A stretch of DNA of 64,000 nt, from IMG/VR virus record IMGVR_UViG_3300028624_000004, positions 64,001 through 128,000 of that record; one strand, written 5' to 3'. The position numbers and the translations under genes were made by a program. Positions 19,488 to 34,906 of this stretch are shown piece by piece. Source of the DNA: a virus. Its lineage: Duplodnaviria; Caudoviricetes. How positions within the stretch are numbered: position 1 is the first letter of the stretch; each line of letters opens with the position of its first letter. The notes under the pieces are model-generated. The model was not told where the DNA came from and did not search any database. It saw nothing but the letters and a program-made list of their open reading frames with translations.

Positions 19488-20768
19488 ATGGCAATTATTG
19501 GTCAAGGTATTATTAACGCTGGAGCATCGACTGGTGGTGTTGGGTCGATAGACGCCGCTACTTTGCAGGGTCATCCAGCATCTTACTTTACTCCAGCTAC
19601 AACTACTGCTGCTTTATCAGGTTCGGTAGCCAATCTCCAACAACAGGTTGGTGGTCTTCAAGATATAACCTCTCATGTTGTATTTAAAGAGCCATTTACT
19701 GCTGATGGAACTCAGGATACTTTTCAGCTAATTGGCGATATACAAAACGCCGCCTTTTCTGCTGGCTCGTGGGGATCCGGATATATAATTTTGTCACTTC
19801 AAGCATATATCACCGACCTTGACGGAAAGGTAATTTACGACAGTATTATTCCAATATACAGAGATAAAATCCAAGTTTCTTCTATAGATTCTGCTGGACT
19901 TGTAACAACCGATTTTAAACCCATGGCTGGTCAGCAAGGTTATATCTGGTATTGGTATCAACTAACATCCACAGATGCTCTCAGCTACTATTATCGTGAA
20001 GATTTCGTCACCTACATGGAGTCTGAAGCTGGTGACGATGCAACTCTGGTATATCTTGGAAAAACACCGTTTTCTGATGTTGTTGTAAAGGGATCCGATG
20101 TAACGGTTGACGATGCCTTACACTCCATAGACACCTATGTAGCCGCAATGTCAGGAAATATCAACGGATTTATTCCGGTCGAAGGAACTGGTATTGTAAT
20201 AACCCCATTGGTTCCTGACCAATACACCTTTGCCGTAGATGATTACATCAGCAAAACAGAAGTAGATGGAAATGTCTATAACTTACAATCACAAATAGAT
20301 GACATTTCGGCTTCAAACTTTATAAGCGGAATACAAGGAAGAATGCCGCTTAATGATGTTGACTTAGAATACACGATAATTCACAGTGAAGTAAATCCAT
20401 CAATAGAATTTCCAGTTGTTTCTCTTGAAACACCAAATCCAACCACTGATATTTTTGTGGTTGGTGTTTATGACAGAACAAGTACGAGCTTCAAGGTTGT
20501 CATTAGTGGAGTACCTTCGAGTAGCTATGCTATTTTATGGCATATAAGCACTTCTGTTACAAAAGGCAGAGTGGAAGATGTTGATATAACTTTCACTTAT
20601 GATACTTCAGGAAATTTACAGAATTCTTACGATATATACGGAACTAAAACATATTATTATGACATTTTTGATACTTTGGTTGCTATAAGTGGAACTGGTT
20701 ACTATAAGAATATAAGCTTCATATATGATATTGATGGAAACCTCATTAAGAAAGAAGTTGAGGAATAA
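19488..20768 (+). CDS. Fibre-like structural protein with C-terminal YD-like repeats
   Basis: IDAATLQGH motif, NLQSQID linker, FTYDTSGNL / FIYDIDGNL. Confidence 0.75.
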   Translation: MAIIGQGIINAGASTGGVGSIDAATLQGHPASYFTPATTTAALSGSVANLQQQVGGLQDITSHVVFKEPFTADGTQDTFQLIGDIQNAAFSAGSWGSGYIILSLQAYITDLDGKVIYDSIIPIYRDKIQVSSIDSAGLVTTDFKPMAGQQGYIWYWYQLTSTDALSYYYREDFVTYMESEAGDDATLVYLGKTPFSDVVVKGSDVTVDDALHSIDTYVAAMSGNINGFIPVEGTGIVITPLVPDQYTFAVDDYISKTEVDGNVYNLQSQIDDISASNFISGIQGRMPLNDVDLEYTIIHSEVNPSIEFPVVSLETPNPTTDIFVVGVYDRTSTSFKVVISGVPSSSYAILWHISTSVTKGRVEDVDITFTYDTSGNLQNSYDIYGTKTYYYDIFDTLVAISGTGYYKNISFIYDIDGNLIKKEVEE

Positions 20769-20771
20769 CAC

Positions 20772-23534
20772 ATGGCATATGTAAGCGGCGTCATTCAGCA
20801 ATATCTTTCCGGTACATCACTCCTGATGACTGAAATCCCAGCCCACAACATAGGGACTTTGTTGCTGTATATAGTTTCAAGCAACTCTTCGACGACTGCT
20901 ACTTGGTCCGGAACTGGTTGGGCAGTTCATCCAGACCACACGATAGTTACTCAGGGTGGCGTAAGATACTATGTCCGCTGGAAGATTGCTGAAAGTGACG
21001 AAGAAGAACCGCCTGGGTTCACCGTTGGTTATACTTCATACACGACGCATACTCTTCTTGCTATTGAGGACTATGACCCTGATAATATATGGGGACAAAT
21101 AGCGGCAGTAACTAATACGGCACAAGAACAATCCACTTGCGCTACTCTTACGACTACGACAGACAACGAGCTAATAATAGATTGTTGTAGTTGGTACAAC
21201 ACCGGCACACTCTTCCGCCCATATTTCGCTCCAGCGACTTCAACGAAGCAGCTTGTAAATGGTCAGACTGGAAGAAATACTTGCGTTGTTGGTGAGCGTG
21301 TTCAGCAAGTCGCCGGAACTACCACCGCACTGAAAGCGTATCAGATAACTAAGGCGAATGTTGTTTCACATGCTCTCTCACTTTCCATAAGAAACAAAGT
21401 CGGTGGTTCACTTCCAATCTTCTGTAATAGCCGCCCACAGAAGCTTTACTACGAAGCTTACCCAGGAGCAATGCTGAATACAGAAATTTCTGCTTCTAAC
21501 GTAGATCTTTATGATTTGGCTTCCAGCCTTGGAATCTACAATACAGTGAGCGTGGCTTTTGGAATGGGAACTCCTTTCAATCCACAGGTTTTATCCTCGG
21601 CAAGACTTTTCACTCCATCAGTAGTTACTGGTTCTCTGTGGACTGGCGGGGGAGTTCACTGGGATAATCCAATCGACTTGACCAATGGTAAGGCGCTGAT
21701 GTTTAACTGGGAAATACCTGATAGAACAAGATTAGGAACCCCTGCTGTATTGGCTTTCCTTAACTCTTCTTACGGAAACTATCATTCATTCTATCTTCGC
21801 CCAATAGCACAAATAGAATCTGGTGTTTCATATACATCCATCATAGAACCAAACTCCACATACACTGCATACACCAGCGGAGCAATCGACTGGAGTGCTA
21901 TTACTGACTTCTGTCTGTGCTACCGCCGTACATCAACAACCAATACATCACCAAGGTTCTATGGCATTTATTTGATTGATAAAAATACTCCAGCTACTAT
22001 TGTTGGTGGTGGAATAACCAATCCAATAAACGCAACTAACGCTCAGCCAGTAATCAACGGCTATGATTGTGCTACTGGAGCGAAGCTTGGCGGTGGCGGT
22101 CAGATAGTTATTCCAGCGCCAGTCAAGTTTGGCGACGGCGAATATCCAACCTACTTGGATACTCGTGGCGAATCCTTTGAGCTTCCCCGCTATGTCAATC
22201 CACCAAAGAGAATATATGAATTCAATGCTGGCGACGGTATATCCGGAATAGAAATAGAAGCTGGACCAAACGACAACATATACTTCGGCGCGGGCATCTT
22301 CGCTTCAGCAAACTCCAAGAGCTACTTTACAGTAACTCCACCGCTTTCTGGCTATCAGCATCTCCAGCTTGACAACCAGCAGATAAAAAACTCAATAGTA
22401 GCTTGGTGTAGCGATGTCCCAGCCAACAACATTCTCTTCGATACTTGCGATGAGGTATGTGCCAACTCAGCTACTTTCACCAACTGCCAGTTCCTCAACC
22501 AGAGCGAGCAGTTTGCTATAAGAGGACAAGACGGAATAAAGCTACTTGAGTGTGAGTTTACTTCGCCAGTATCGGGAAGTAACTATGCCGTTCACTTTGT
22601 AGGAACGGGAACGCTTGATGTAAGCGACACATTGTTTAACGACTATGCTACTGATATATTCGTAGATGCTATAAGTGGTGATGTGTTTATTAAACTTAAT
22701 TACGGCGAAGACCCACCAACATATGACACATCTGGTGCTAATGTCGTATTGGATATCTTATTGTCCAACACAATAATCGAAGCACCTAACTTCTTGGACA
22801 CTAATACAGTCGGTTTATATAATCTCACTCAGGGTACAGAATTAGATTATGTTGCATCATTAAATACTGGCAGTGGATATAGTAAAACTTTAGTTCCTGG
22901 CGTTGATTACGACCCAGGCGATAACTTGGAGCTAAGAGCCATTCGTGTTATTGGAGCGACCGCTACAGAAAGATACACACTTCCAATAGCAACTTCCGCC
23001 GCTGGTGGAACTATAAGAACCATAAGAAACTTGATAGATGATAAGATATATAATGATAACGCTATAGATGGGTCAAGCGTTACTGAATTTAGTGCCGACT
23101 ATCCTAATGTTGAAATTGACATCAGTGACGGCGATGGAGTAACAAGCGTTAGAAGATTATATGCTTGGTGGAAATATAATCTAACATCTCAAAGTGGCTT
23201 GCGTTATTTCTGGGGTGGGTTTGACGCTGATGACGCATTTAATTATCGTGTAGTAACAGAAGTTCTTGATCTTAAATTGGAAAATGTTAGTGCCATTCCA
23301 GTCGTCATTACGGACGGTAGAATTTATCGTGATGATAATGAAACAATAATAGCTGCATCTTCTAACAGTATTCAAATAGACCCAGATAAAGTTTATACCG
23401 TACAAACTGTTTCTGCTGTAACGTCACAAGACAAAGAAGATATCGCTATTATTACTCGTCAGAAAATGGAAGAGTTTGGAAGTAAAATGGACAAGACAGA
23501 GAAACGCAGTAGAACAATCACAGGTCTTCAGTAA
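20772..23534 (+). CDS. Large virion protein, paralog of 23550 (shared C-terminus)
   Basis: Beta-helix-like middle region; C-terminal IDGSSVTEFSADYPN...AWWKYNL...DPDKVY. Confidence 0.8.
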   Translation: MAYVSGVIQQYLSGTSLLMTEIPAHNIGTLLLYIVSSNSSTTATWSGTGWAVHPDHTIVTQGGVRYYVRWKIAESDEEEPPGFTVGYTSYTTHTLLAIEDYDPDNIWGQIAAVTNTAQEQSTCATLTTTTDNELIIDCCSWYNTGTLFRPYFAPATSTKQLVNGQTGRNTCVVGERVQQVAGTTTALKAYQITKANVVSHALSLSIRNKVGGSLPIFCNSRPQKLYYEAYPGAMLNTEISASNVDLYDLASSLGIYNTVSVAFGMGTPFNPQVLSSARLFTPSVVTGSLWTGGGVHWDNPIDLTNGKALMFNWEIPDRTRLGTPAVLAFLNSSYGNYHSFYLRPIAQIESGVSYTSIIEPNSTYTAYTSGAIDWSAITDFCLCYRRTSTTNTSPRFYGIYLIDKNTPATIVGGGITNPINATNAQPVINGYDCATGAKLGGGGQIVIPAPVKFGDGEYPTYLDTRGESFELPRYVNPPKRIYEFNAGDGISGIEIEAGPNDNIYFGAGIFASANSKSYFTVTPPLSGYQHLQLDNQQIKNSIVAWCSDVPANNILFDTCDEVCANSATFTNCQFLNQSEQFAIRGQDGIKLLECEFTSPVSGSNYAVHFVGTGTLDVSDTLFNDYATDIFVDAISGDVFIKLNYGEDPPTYDTSGANVVLDILLSNTIIEAPNFLDTNTVGLYNLTQGTELDYVASLNTGSGYSKTLVPGVDYDPGDNLELRAIRVIGATATERYTLPIATSAAGGTIRTIRNLIDDKIYNDNAIDGSSVTEFSADYPNVEIDISDGDGVTSVRRLYAWWKYNLTSQSGLRYFWGGFDADDAFNYRVVTEVLDLKLENVSAIPVVITDGRIYRDDNETIIAASSNSIQIDPDKVYTVQTVSAVTSQDKEDIAIITRQKMEEFGSKMDKTEKRSRTITGLQ

Positions 23535-23549
23535 CCCAGAGAACATCTT

Positions 23550-25985
23550 ATGGCACTTACAGTAAACACACAATATGCAAGATTTCTCATTGACTCAATA
23601 GTTGATGATGTTACTATCAAGGTAAAATCAGTAACCGGAACCGCCCTTGGGTCATCATGGGTTAGCAGGAAGTTTATTGTAGCAAGCTCAACAAGCCCTG
23701 CAACTGGACAGGTTCGTGAAATCACGGCAGTAGATACAGGAGCATCGACAATAACTCTTGAGTATCCGTGGAGAAAGAGTTTAACCGATCCTCTTGTATT
23801 GGCTACGAAAGGCGCTGCAATAGAAGTAGACCCACAAGTAGATGATGTTTGTTATGTGAACTACTATTTGGACGATCTTGACGACGGTGTTAATATAATA
23901 AAATCAGAAAATCAATATACATTTGATCAAAAAGTAACTCTTGATAATACATTTGTATATGACTCTAATCGCTTTATTGTAATTAAAAATGCGACTACAA
24001 CGACATCTACACTCGCAGTAAATATCGGTGCCCATTTACAACTTGGAACATTATCAGAGGGTGGGTTGGGGTATGGCGGCGGCGGTCTTAGATTTTCTCT
24101 TTCGTCTTCATCTACAGTAACTCTTTTGGGGACTGGTAATGGCGGAGATTGTGGAAATATATTCATTTATGGCTGTAATATGTCCGCTATAGGCGGCGCG
24201 GGATTCTATCGTTGCTACAGGGGATCAACACAAATAGTGAGAATGGTAGATATCAACATTCGCGGAGAAATTGGCGGTCGCGCTCAAGGTACAAAATCTT
24301 TCATACTTAACTATAAAGGAGCAAGATACACAGAAGACATAGGACTTATTAGTTCTGCATCTCCTTTCGGTGGATTCTTCAACATTACTGCACATGATTC
24401 GGCGCAGGGTGTATATCATAACGGTCAAGCAGGTGGGGGTCCGGCGACATATCGAAATGTCGAAACAAATAATGTAACACAATCCGTTCGCATCACAGAA
24501 ACCGATGCTTCCAACAGTCCAACTCTCATTGATTGTTCATTGGATGAATCTTCCCCAATAGCAAGTTGGAATGCATCTTCACTTGCTACACTCACGGTCA
24601 AAAACAGCTTAGTAGCAACTTCACTTTCCGGAACCGAAATACAAGCAGGCGGAAGATTGTGGATAAAGGACTTAGTTGATGCTGAAATTTATAATTCTGT
24701 TTCCATAAGCGGAACCTATGATGATATACCAGATCTATTTAGGTGTATCATGACAGATGGACAAACTGCTTATAGTCAGGGAACACAGAAAACACCACAC
24801 TTCTTCCGCTATCGTCGTTACGGTTCTACGGAAGTAAGTGGATCATACAAAGCAACCTCTCCAAACGGAACATTGGCTATTCCAGACGTAACAGATCCTC
24901 GTATAACATTGAGTGAAGTAAATGCAGGATTACTCACTGGTATTTCTGTGGATATGGGTATAGGTGAAATAGATGTAACAGAAAACCATGGAATTACTGA
25001 TATATACGATTATGTTGCTTATTCAGCTACTATTTCCGGAAATATGCAGTACGACAATCCATTGTCCAAGACAGTTGTGGAATTGGATCTTGGGGATTGG
25101 GACTTACATGTAGATGGTTCTGTAGTTACTGGTAATATAACTACTACTGGTGATATAACTTTTGCCAACGATGGATCAATAGACGGAATCTATACAGATG
25201 CTTCGGGAACTTATTTGCCATTTGCTGTTACAAACATTGATCCACTTGATTCTATAATACGTATTCAAGTTTACAATGAGACGACATCAATGGAATGCTG
25301 TAATTCCGTTATTAGTGGCTCTGCTTATACAGGCACATTCCTCGAAGGCGATCAATTTAGTATTGGCGATACTGTAAGAGTTCGTATTGTTGCTAACAGC
25401 GGAATAACTGCAAAAGCAGAATACGAAGGAAAAACAACAGTATCATCTGCTGGATGGTCAATAAATGCCGATCAAGAAGAATGCAGTGTCTATAATACGA
25501 ATGGAATAGATGGTTCAACTGTAACAGAATTCTCGGCTGACTATCCTAATATAGAAATAGATGTTTCTGATGGTGACGGTACAACCAGCGTCAAGCGACT
25601 GTTTGCTTGGTGGAAGTATAATCTAACCACCGAAGAAGGTATTAGGAATTACTTTGGTGGGCTGCTCCCAGACGATCTTGTAAATTATAGAATAAATGTT
25701 GATATAGTCGATCTTCACCTTGACAACACTGAAGCAACTCCTGTCATGGTAATAGATGGAAGATTATACCGAAGCGACGAAACGACCGTTATAACTCCAA
25801 CAGGAGGATCTATACAGATGGATCCAGATAAAGTATATTCTATAGAATCTAAGTCGCCAATCACCGAACAAGATAAGCAAGATATAGCCGTGGCTTCGCG
25901 TGTTAAAATAGAAGAAGCAGGCGGCAAGTTAGATAAAATAGAAAAAAGAACGAGGATCATTCCAGTAATCTTCTCTAAACCATAA
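23550..25985 (+). CDS. Large virion protein, paralog of 20772
   Basis: Shared C-terminal domain, unrelated N-terminus. Confidence 0.8.
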   Translation: MALTVNTQYARFLIDSIVDDVTIKVKSVTGTALGSSWVSRKFIVASSTSPATGQVREITAVDTGASTITLEYPWRKSLTDPLVLATKGAAIEVDPQVDDVCYVNYYLDDLDDGVNIIKSENQYTFDQKVTLDNTFVYDSNRFIVIKNATTTTSTLAVNIGAHLQLGTLSEGGLGYGGGGLRFSLSSSSTVTLLGTGNGGDCGNIFIYGCNMSAIGGAGFYRCYRGSTQIVRMVDINIRGEIGGRAQGTKSFILNYKGARYTEDIGLISSASPFGGFFNITAHDSAQGVYHNGQAGGGPATYRNVETNNVTQSVRITETDASNSPTLIDCSLDESSPIASWNASSLATLTVKNSLVATSLSGTEIQAGGRLWIKDLVDAEIYNSVSISGTYDDIPDLFRCIMTDGQTAYSQGTQKTPHFFRYRRYGSTEVSGSYKATSPNGTLAIPDVTDPRITLSEVNAGLLTGISVDMGIGEIDVTENHGITDIYDYVAYSATISGNMQYDNPLSKTVVELDLGDWDLHVDGSVVTGNITTTGDITFANDGSIDGIYTDASGTYLPFAVTNIDPLDSIIRIQVYNETTSMECCNSVISGSAYTGTFLEGDQFSIGDTVRVRIVANSGITAKAEYEGKTTVSSAGWSINADQEECSVYNTNGIDGSTVTEFSADYPNIEIDVSDGDGTTSVKRLFAWWKYNLTTEEGIRNYFGGLLPDDLVNYRINVDIVDLHLDNTEATPVMVIDGRLYRSDETTVITPTGGSIQMDPDKVYSIESKSPITEQDKQDIAVASRVKIEEAGGKLDKIEKRTRIIPVIFSKP

Positions 25986-26033
25986 GATAAATACCATATA
26001 ACAACTCGGGCGCAAGCCGTATTAGGAGTTTTA

Positions 26034-26888
26034 ATGTCCAGCTTCAAACAATCAGCCGTATCTATTACAAAAAAAGATTCTCCCGTAGCGCCAACGCTCG
26101 CTGGTGATATAACAGTCGTGGCGCGAGCAGACGGTCATTTATATGCATATGATGGAGTAACCGATAGAAGCTTAGCGTACATTGATGATATATCAGGGGG
26201 TGGTGGGGCTGGGTTTACTCCATTAGAAGGAAATGGAATAATTATCACAGAAGAATCGCCAAACTATAGATTCTCTGTTGATGATTATATAAGCGGCACT
26301 GCTGTAGCAGATGTTACTGGAAACTTACAGTCACAAATAGACGTTTTGACAACGACCGATCAATCTCTGCAAGCCCAAATCGACACTGTAACATCTGAGC
26401 CTGTTACTTACATATTCAATGCAATGGAAATGGATAATCCAATTACAGCCGATTGGGCAGTAAATTCGCTTGCGCCAAATACATCTCATGCCAGTAACTC
26501 TGGAATAATAGTCAGAGCATTTGATGCTACAACGGAAGAAGGGGTTGGTATTTCTATTGATATGCCACCAACAGCAAATAATATAAAATTCAAGTGGGTT
26601 TCATGTGGTGCAACTACTGCTGGCGGTGATGTTGTTCCGAAGATTTATACAAGATATTTAAGAAGCGAAGCCGCAATATCTTCTTGGTCAGCAGGAACAT
26701 CTGGCAATATACTTACAATGCCAGCATCAACTAACTTTGTTTACGACGAAGAAACTTTTACAACTACTACTCTTGGTATATCTGCTGGTGATATTGCTTT
26801 CTTTGAAATAACTAGAGATGCTTCTAACGGATCAGATACACTTGCGGTCGATTGGCATCTTCTGAAGGTAATATTGGAGATAAGTTAA
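26034..26888 (+). CDS. Fibre-like structural protein
   Basis: AGGAG RBS; GATAAATA at 25986; linker shared with 19488. Confidence 0.75.
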   Translation: MSSFKQSAVSITKKDSPVAPTLAGDITVVARADGHLYAYDGVTDRSLAYIDDISGGGGAGFTPLEGNGIIITEESPNYRFSVDDYISGTAVADVTGNLQSQIDVLTTTDQSLQAQIDTVTSEPVTYIFNAMEMDNPITADWAVNSLAPNTSHASNSGIIVRAFDATTEEGVGISIDMPPTANNIKFKWVSCGATTAGGDVVPKIYTRYLRSEAAISSWSAGTSGNILTMPASTNFVYDEETFTTTTLGISAGDIAFFEITRDASNGSDTLAVDWHLLKVILEIS

Positions 26889-27667
26889 TGAGCTTTTCTT
26901 TTCCTAATATTTCCAACTCTTATAGAATAAGAGGAACTAATAACAGTTTCGGAAACGGTTGGCAACAGGGAACCTTTATGGCATGGGCTAGATTCAGAGA
27001 TTTGAATGCCGATTGTTGTTTGTTTCATATTGGCAGTGCTTTTGAGGGGGGAACTCCTATCTTGTTTTGGAGAGATGATATATCTGCTTCTCCAACTGGA
27101 TATTCAAACTGTTTAGCGTTTATGGTAACATGTGGTGGAACAGAGGTAAGATCAGTTAGTTCTACAAACTCGATAAATACTACCTCGGATTGGTTTCATA
27201 TAGCTGGATCTTTTAACACCACATCATCCACAACAGATGACAGAAAACCTAGAATATACATAAACGGCGATTATAATGTTGCCAGTACCCTCCCGGCAAA
27301 CCATACACAAAACTCATCATTATCAAATACAACCACGCCACTTTCAATTGCAAGACCAAATGGATATTTAGCAGCACGTCATATATATGGTTGGATGGAG
27401 GATATAAGAGTATATGATAGGCAACTCTCTGCTGATGAAATTAGAACTATTTACAAGTCCCAAGGAAAAGACAGTATAGTAGATGGTCTTGTTGTAAGAA
27501 CCATGAGCAACCTTGGACCAAGTGGTATTGATGTTCCTGCTACTGTTCCCGATATATCCCCACCTAAAACAAATCTTATTACTGAAAAAGCAGCAGCGGG
27601 AAATTTACTAATAGATGACCAATTTACTCTTTCGGCAAAAAGAACTCCAATACACATGAGGAAATAA
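26888..27667 (+). CDS. LamG / concanavalin A-like lectin domain protein
   Basis: TFMAW, WFHIAGSF, IYING, GWMEDIRVYDRQLSADEI. TAATG overlap sets the start at 26888. Confidence 0.8.
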   Translation: MSFSFPNISNSYRIRGTNNSFGNGWQQGTFMAWARFRDLNADCCLFHIGSAFEGGTPILFWRDDISASPTGYSNCLAFMVTCGGTEVRSVSSTNSINTTSDWFHIAGSFNTTSSTTDDRKPRIYINGDYNVASTLPANHTQNSSLSNTTTPLSIARPNGYLAARHIYGWMEDIRVYDRQLSADEIRTIYKSQGKDSIVDGLVVRTMSNLGPSGIDVPATVPDISPPKTNLITEKAAAGNLLIDDQFTLSAKRTPIHMRK

Positions 27668-27668
27668 A

Positions 27669-28136
27669 ATGTTAGTATCTGCTTTACATAAATCAACTCT
27701 TAAATTTGTTTCATCAGTCAACGAAGTAAAAGTTTCCAACGAAGAATGGATAATAAATCCGGATTTAAGTGCCGTCGAAGGCGTTGATAAATCTCTTTGG
27801 GTGATAGAAGGTAATACAGTTAGGCAAAAAAATCAAGACGAGCTAAATGCCATATTAGAAGAACAAAAACAGAATCTAATAAACAGGATTTACGATCTAT
27901 ATCAAGAATGTGAGATTTTTAATATAACTCCTGCGGGAGCCATACAGTTGGCAGAATGGTGCGCTTATGGTAGACCAAAAGCAATGGCAGATCGTCAATG
28001 GATAATTGATCTATACGACGAAAGAGACGCTAAGCTTGATTTAGTGGAGGCTGGTGATCTAAGCGTAGATCCACATCCGTCAACCCCAATAAAACCATTT
28101 TCTTTTAGAGAGCTAAAAGAAGAAAATGATAAATAG
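27669..28136 (+). CDS. Probable fibre assembly chaperone-like protein
   Basis: Follows the lectin gene; WIINPDLSAV motif; helical C-terminus. Confidence 0.6.
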   Translation: MLVSALHKSTLKFVSSVNEVKVSNEEWIINPDLSAVEGVDKSLWVIEGNTVRQKNQDELNAILEEQKQNLINRIYDLYQECEIFNITPAGAIQLAEWCAYGRPKAMADRQWIIDLYDERDAKLDLVEAGDLSVDPHPSTPIKPFSFRELKEENDK

Positions 28137-28155
28137 AAGAATATAGGAGTTACTT

Positions 28156-29034
28156 ATGGCAGGCTGGAAAGATTTTGCATTTGAGTGGCGTAAACGCGGA
28201 GATGCTTATCCGTTAGCCACAACTGACCATGTTGCTATATACTGCGACTCGTCAGACACTCTTCATACTATAGATGACATTGGCGCTCCTGCCAACCATC
28301 GGGTTGGTCATATGGAAATAACGGCTGGATCTACAAGCTGGCGTGGCATGCCAACCAATGAGGCGTGGGGATCTGATGCCTTGACAAGTAACACTTCCGG
28401 TGAATTCAATACTGCTGTTGGGTATTGGTCAATGTATTCCAACGAAACAGGATCTAATAACACAGCAGTGGGTTTCTTTACTTTATATAATAATACCACA
28501 GGAACAGATAATGTCGCTGCTGGTAGTGCTGCATTGGGAAATAATACCACTGGATCTTACAATGTTGCTATAGGTTCTAGTGCAGCATTGTCAATGGAAA
28601 CGGGATCTGGAAATGTCGCTATTGGCTCATTATCATTATATCTAAACACGGAAGGTAACTTTAATGTCTCCGTAGGAGAAGGGTCTTTAACCAATAATAT
28701 ATCCGGATCAAACAATGTTTGTATTGGAAATAATGCTGGTTACAATGAACAGGGATCAAACAGGCTTTATATTGATTCCAACACGATAACCACAGGAACT
28801 TCAGCAGATGCGTTGATATATGGTGAATTTGACACTAAGTATGTCAGAATTGGTGGTGATGTGGATGTTGCGGGCGATCTGACCAGCAACAGCAACTCAG
28901 TCATTACAAGAGTTGCGGTTCCGCTAACTAACTCTTCACCTGGGGTTCCAAATACTATAGCAATAGACACGACACATCTATATATCTGTATTGGTGTAAA
29001 TTCTTGGAAGAGAGTATCACTTTCTACTTTCTAA
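28156..29034 (+). CDS. Fibre protein with NTAVG..AL..NTTG (trimeric adhesin head-like) repeats
   Basis: Tandem 14-aa N(T/V)A(V/I)G repeats; C-terminal YICIGVNSWKRV. Confidence 0.8.
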   Translation: MAGWKDFAFEWRKRGDAYPLATTDHVAIYCDSSDTLHTIDDIGAPANHRVGHMEITAGSTSWRGMPTNEAWGSDALTSNTSGEFNTAVGYWSMYSNETGSNNTAVGFFTLYNNTTGTDNVAAGSAALGNNTTGSYNVAIGSSAALSMETGSGNVAIGSLSLYLNTEGNFNVSVGEGSLTNNISGSNNVCIGNNAGYNEQGSNRLYIDSNTITTGTSADALIYGEFDTKYVRIGGDVDVAGDLTSNSNSVITRVAVPLTNSSPGVPNTIAIDTTHLYICIGVNSWKRVSLSTF

Positions 29035-29074
29035 TAAGTATTTTTGATAAATAAGCATAGTAGGTCATCCTTCT

Positions 29075-30201
29075 ATGCCATATACATTAGAGTATAATGA
29101 AAAACCTGTAGTAAAAACACCAACCGCTAATATATCTATTAACGGATTACAGTCTTGGATAGGTGATCCGTCAAATCAAACTGTTGGATTAGAAGCCTTT
29201 ACCAGTAGCATGGGGCATGGGAAGTACAATACTGCTTTCGGCACATTTACTCTTAAGGTACTTAAAGACGGTGATTATAATGTCGGTATAGGTTACAATG
29301 TCTTAAATAATGTTACAGACCATAGTTATAACATTGGAATTGGAACAAATATATCAATAGTAGGATTTATTACAAATATAGTAGCGGTTGGTCATGGCGT
29401 TGAGGTAGACCAGAGCAATACTATTAAATTTGGATCTGCGGACCACCCATACGAAAGATTACTTGTTCATACACCCGGTGGTGTAGTAGATGTCTTACAA
29501 ACAGCCGTCAGTTCATCAAATGTTCTTACGAGTAACAATGGGTCAATTGTTGTTACGCCGATTTCTGGTGGATATGATATAGCAGTCGCAGTTGCTCCTA
29601 CGCCGCTTTCTATTACCTCGTTTACAGGCGGTGGAACATACGAAATAGGCACAACAATCAATTCTGTTGTCTTGAATTGGGCATATAATTATGCCCCAGA
29701 CACGTCGCAGTCAATAAACAACAGCATAGGCTCTCTAAGCCTGCCTTTGAGAACATATACCTACACAACACCATTTACCTCGGCTAAAACATTTACTTTA
29801 TCTGCTGTCGATAGTGCTCGTGGAAGTGCCTCTGCAAATACTTCAGTTTCATTTTTAAATAGAAGATACTGGGGAGTAACTACGGCTGCTATTATGACTT
29901 CTGCTGACATAACAGCAGGCAGTAGCGAATTAAGTAGCGTCATATCAAAAAACATAAGTTACGATTGCACGGGAGGAAGATACTTCTTTTACGCCTTCCC
30001 AGCTTCTTTTGGAAACTTATCAACCATAAACACTAAAGTGAATAATCTTTCATTTTCCGATTGGTCAGACAATGCTGGCGGATCGACAACAAGTGGCTTT
30101 CAGTTGAGCGTAACAAATGGAAGTGGTTATACAGCTACGTATAATGTGTATAGATCCTTTAATCTGCAAAACGGAAGCTATATACCAACGGAGATGAGAT
30201 A

Positions 30202-30202
<1 letters not shown>
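29075..30202 (+). CDS. Fibre adaptor-like protein; paralog of 11240
   Basis: N-terminal NTAFG/NVGIG repeats; C-terminal motifs shared with 11240; TAATG coupling to 30202. Confidence 0.75.
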
Positions 30203-34500
<4,298 letters not shown>

Positions 34501-34503
34501 TTT

Positions 34504-34878
34504 ATGGCTACTTCTAATTTTAAATTGATTACTGCGATTGGATCTGTAAGGGTTGTTCAAAGCACAGATAGTGTTTCATCGGTAATTTTTTCAAAAGTAT
34601 CATATCCTTATTATGCATATGAATCGACTTTTTCATATATAGATGGTTCCGACCCTATGAACGTAGATGGTGTTGGTGACATGGAGACTGCTTCTGGTGG
34701 GACGCCAAACATAACGGCTGCTGGTTGGAGTGTATTTGATTTAGAAATGTTTGACGCTGGAATAATAACTGGATATCCTGATAGTATATTCTTTGTGGAA
34801 TTCATTACTGGTTCAGAGGGGGATATTGATCCATGGACTGGTTATCCGCCGTGGTATCCGTGGATGTCACATAGTTAA
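34504..34878 (+). CDS. Hypothetical protein
   Basis: 124-aa ORF packed in the operon. Confidence 0.65.
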   Translation: MATSNFKLITAIGSVRVVQSTDSVSSVIFSKVSYPYYAYESTFSYIDGSDPMNVDGVGDMETASGGTPNITAAGWSVFDLEMFDAGIITGYPDSIFFVEFITGSEGDIDPWTGYPPWYPWMSHS

Positions 34879-34906
34879 ACTATAATAAATAAAAGAAGAG
34901 AAACAT

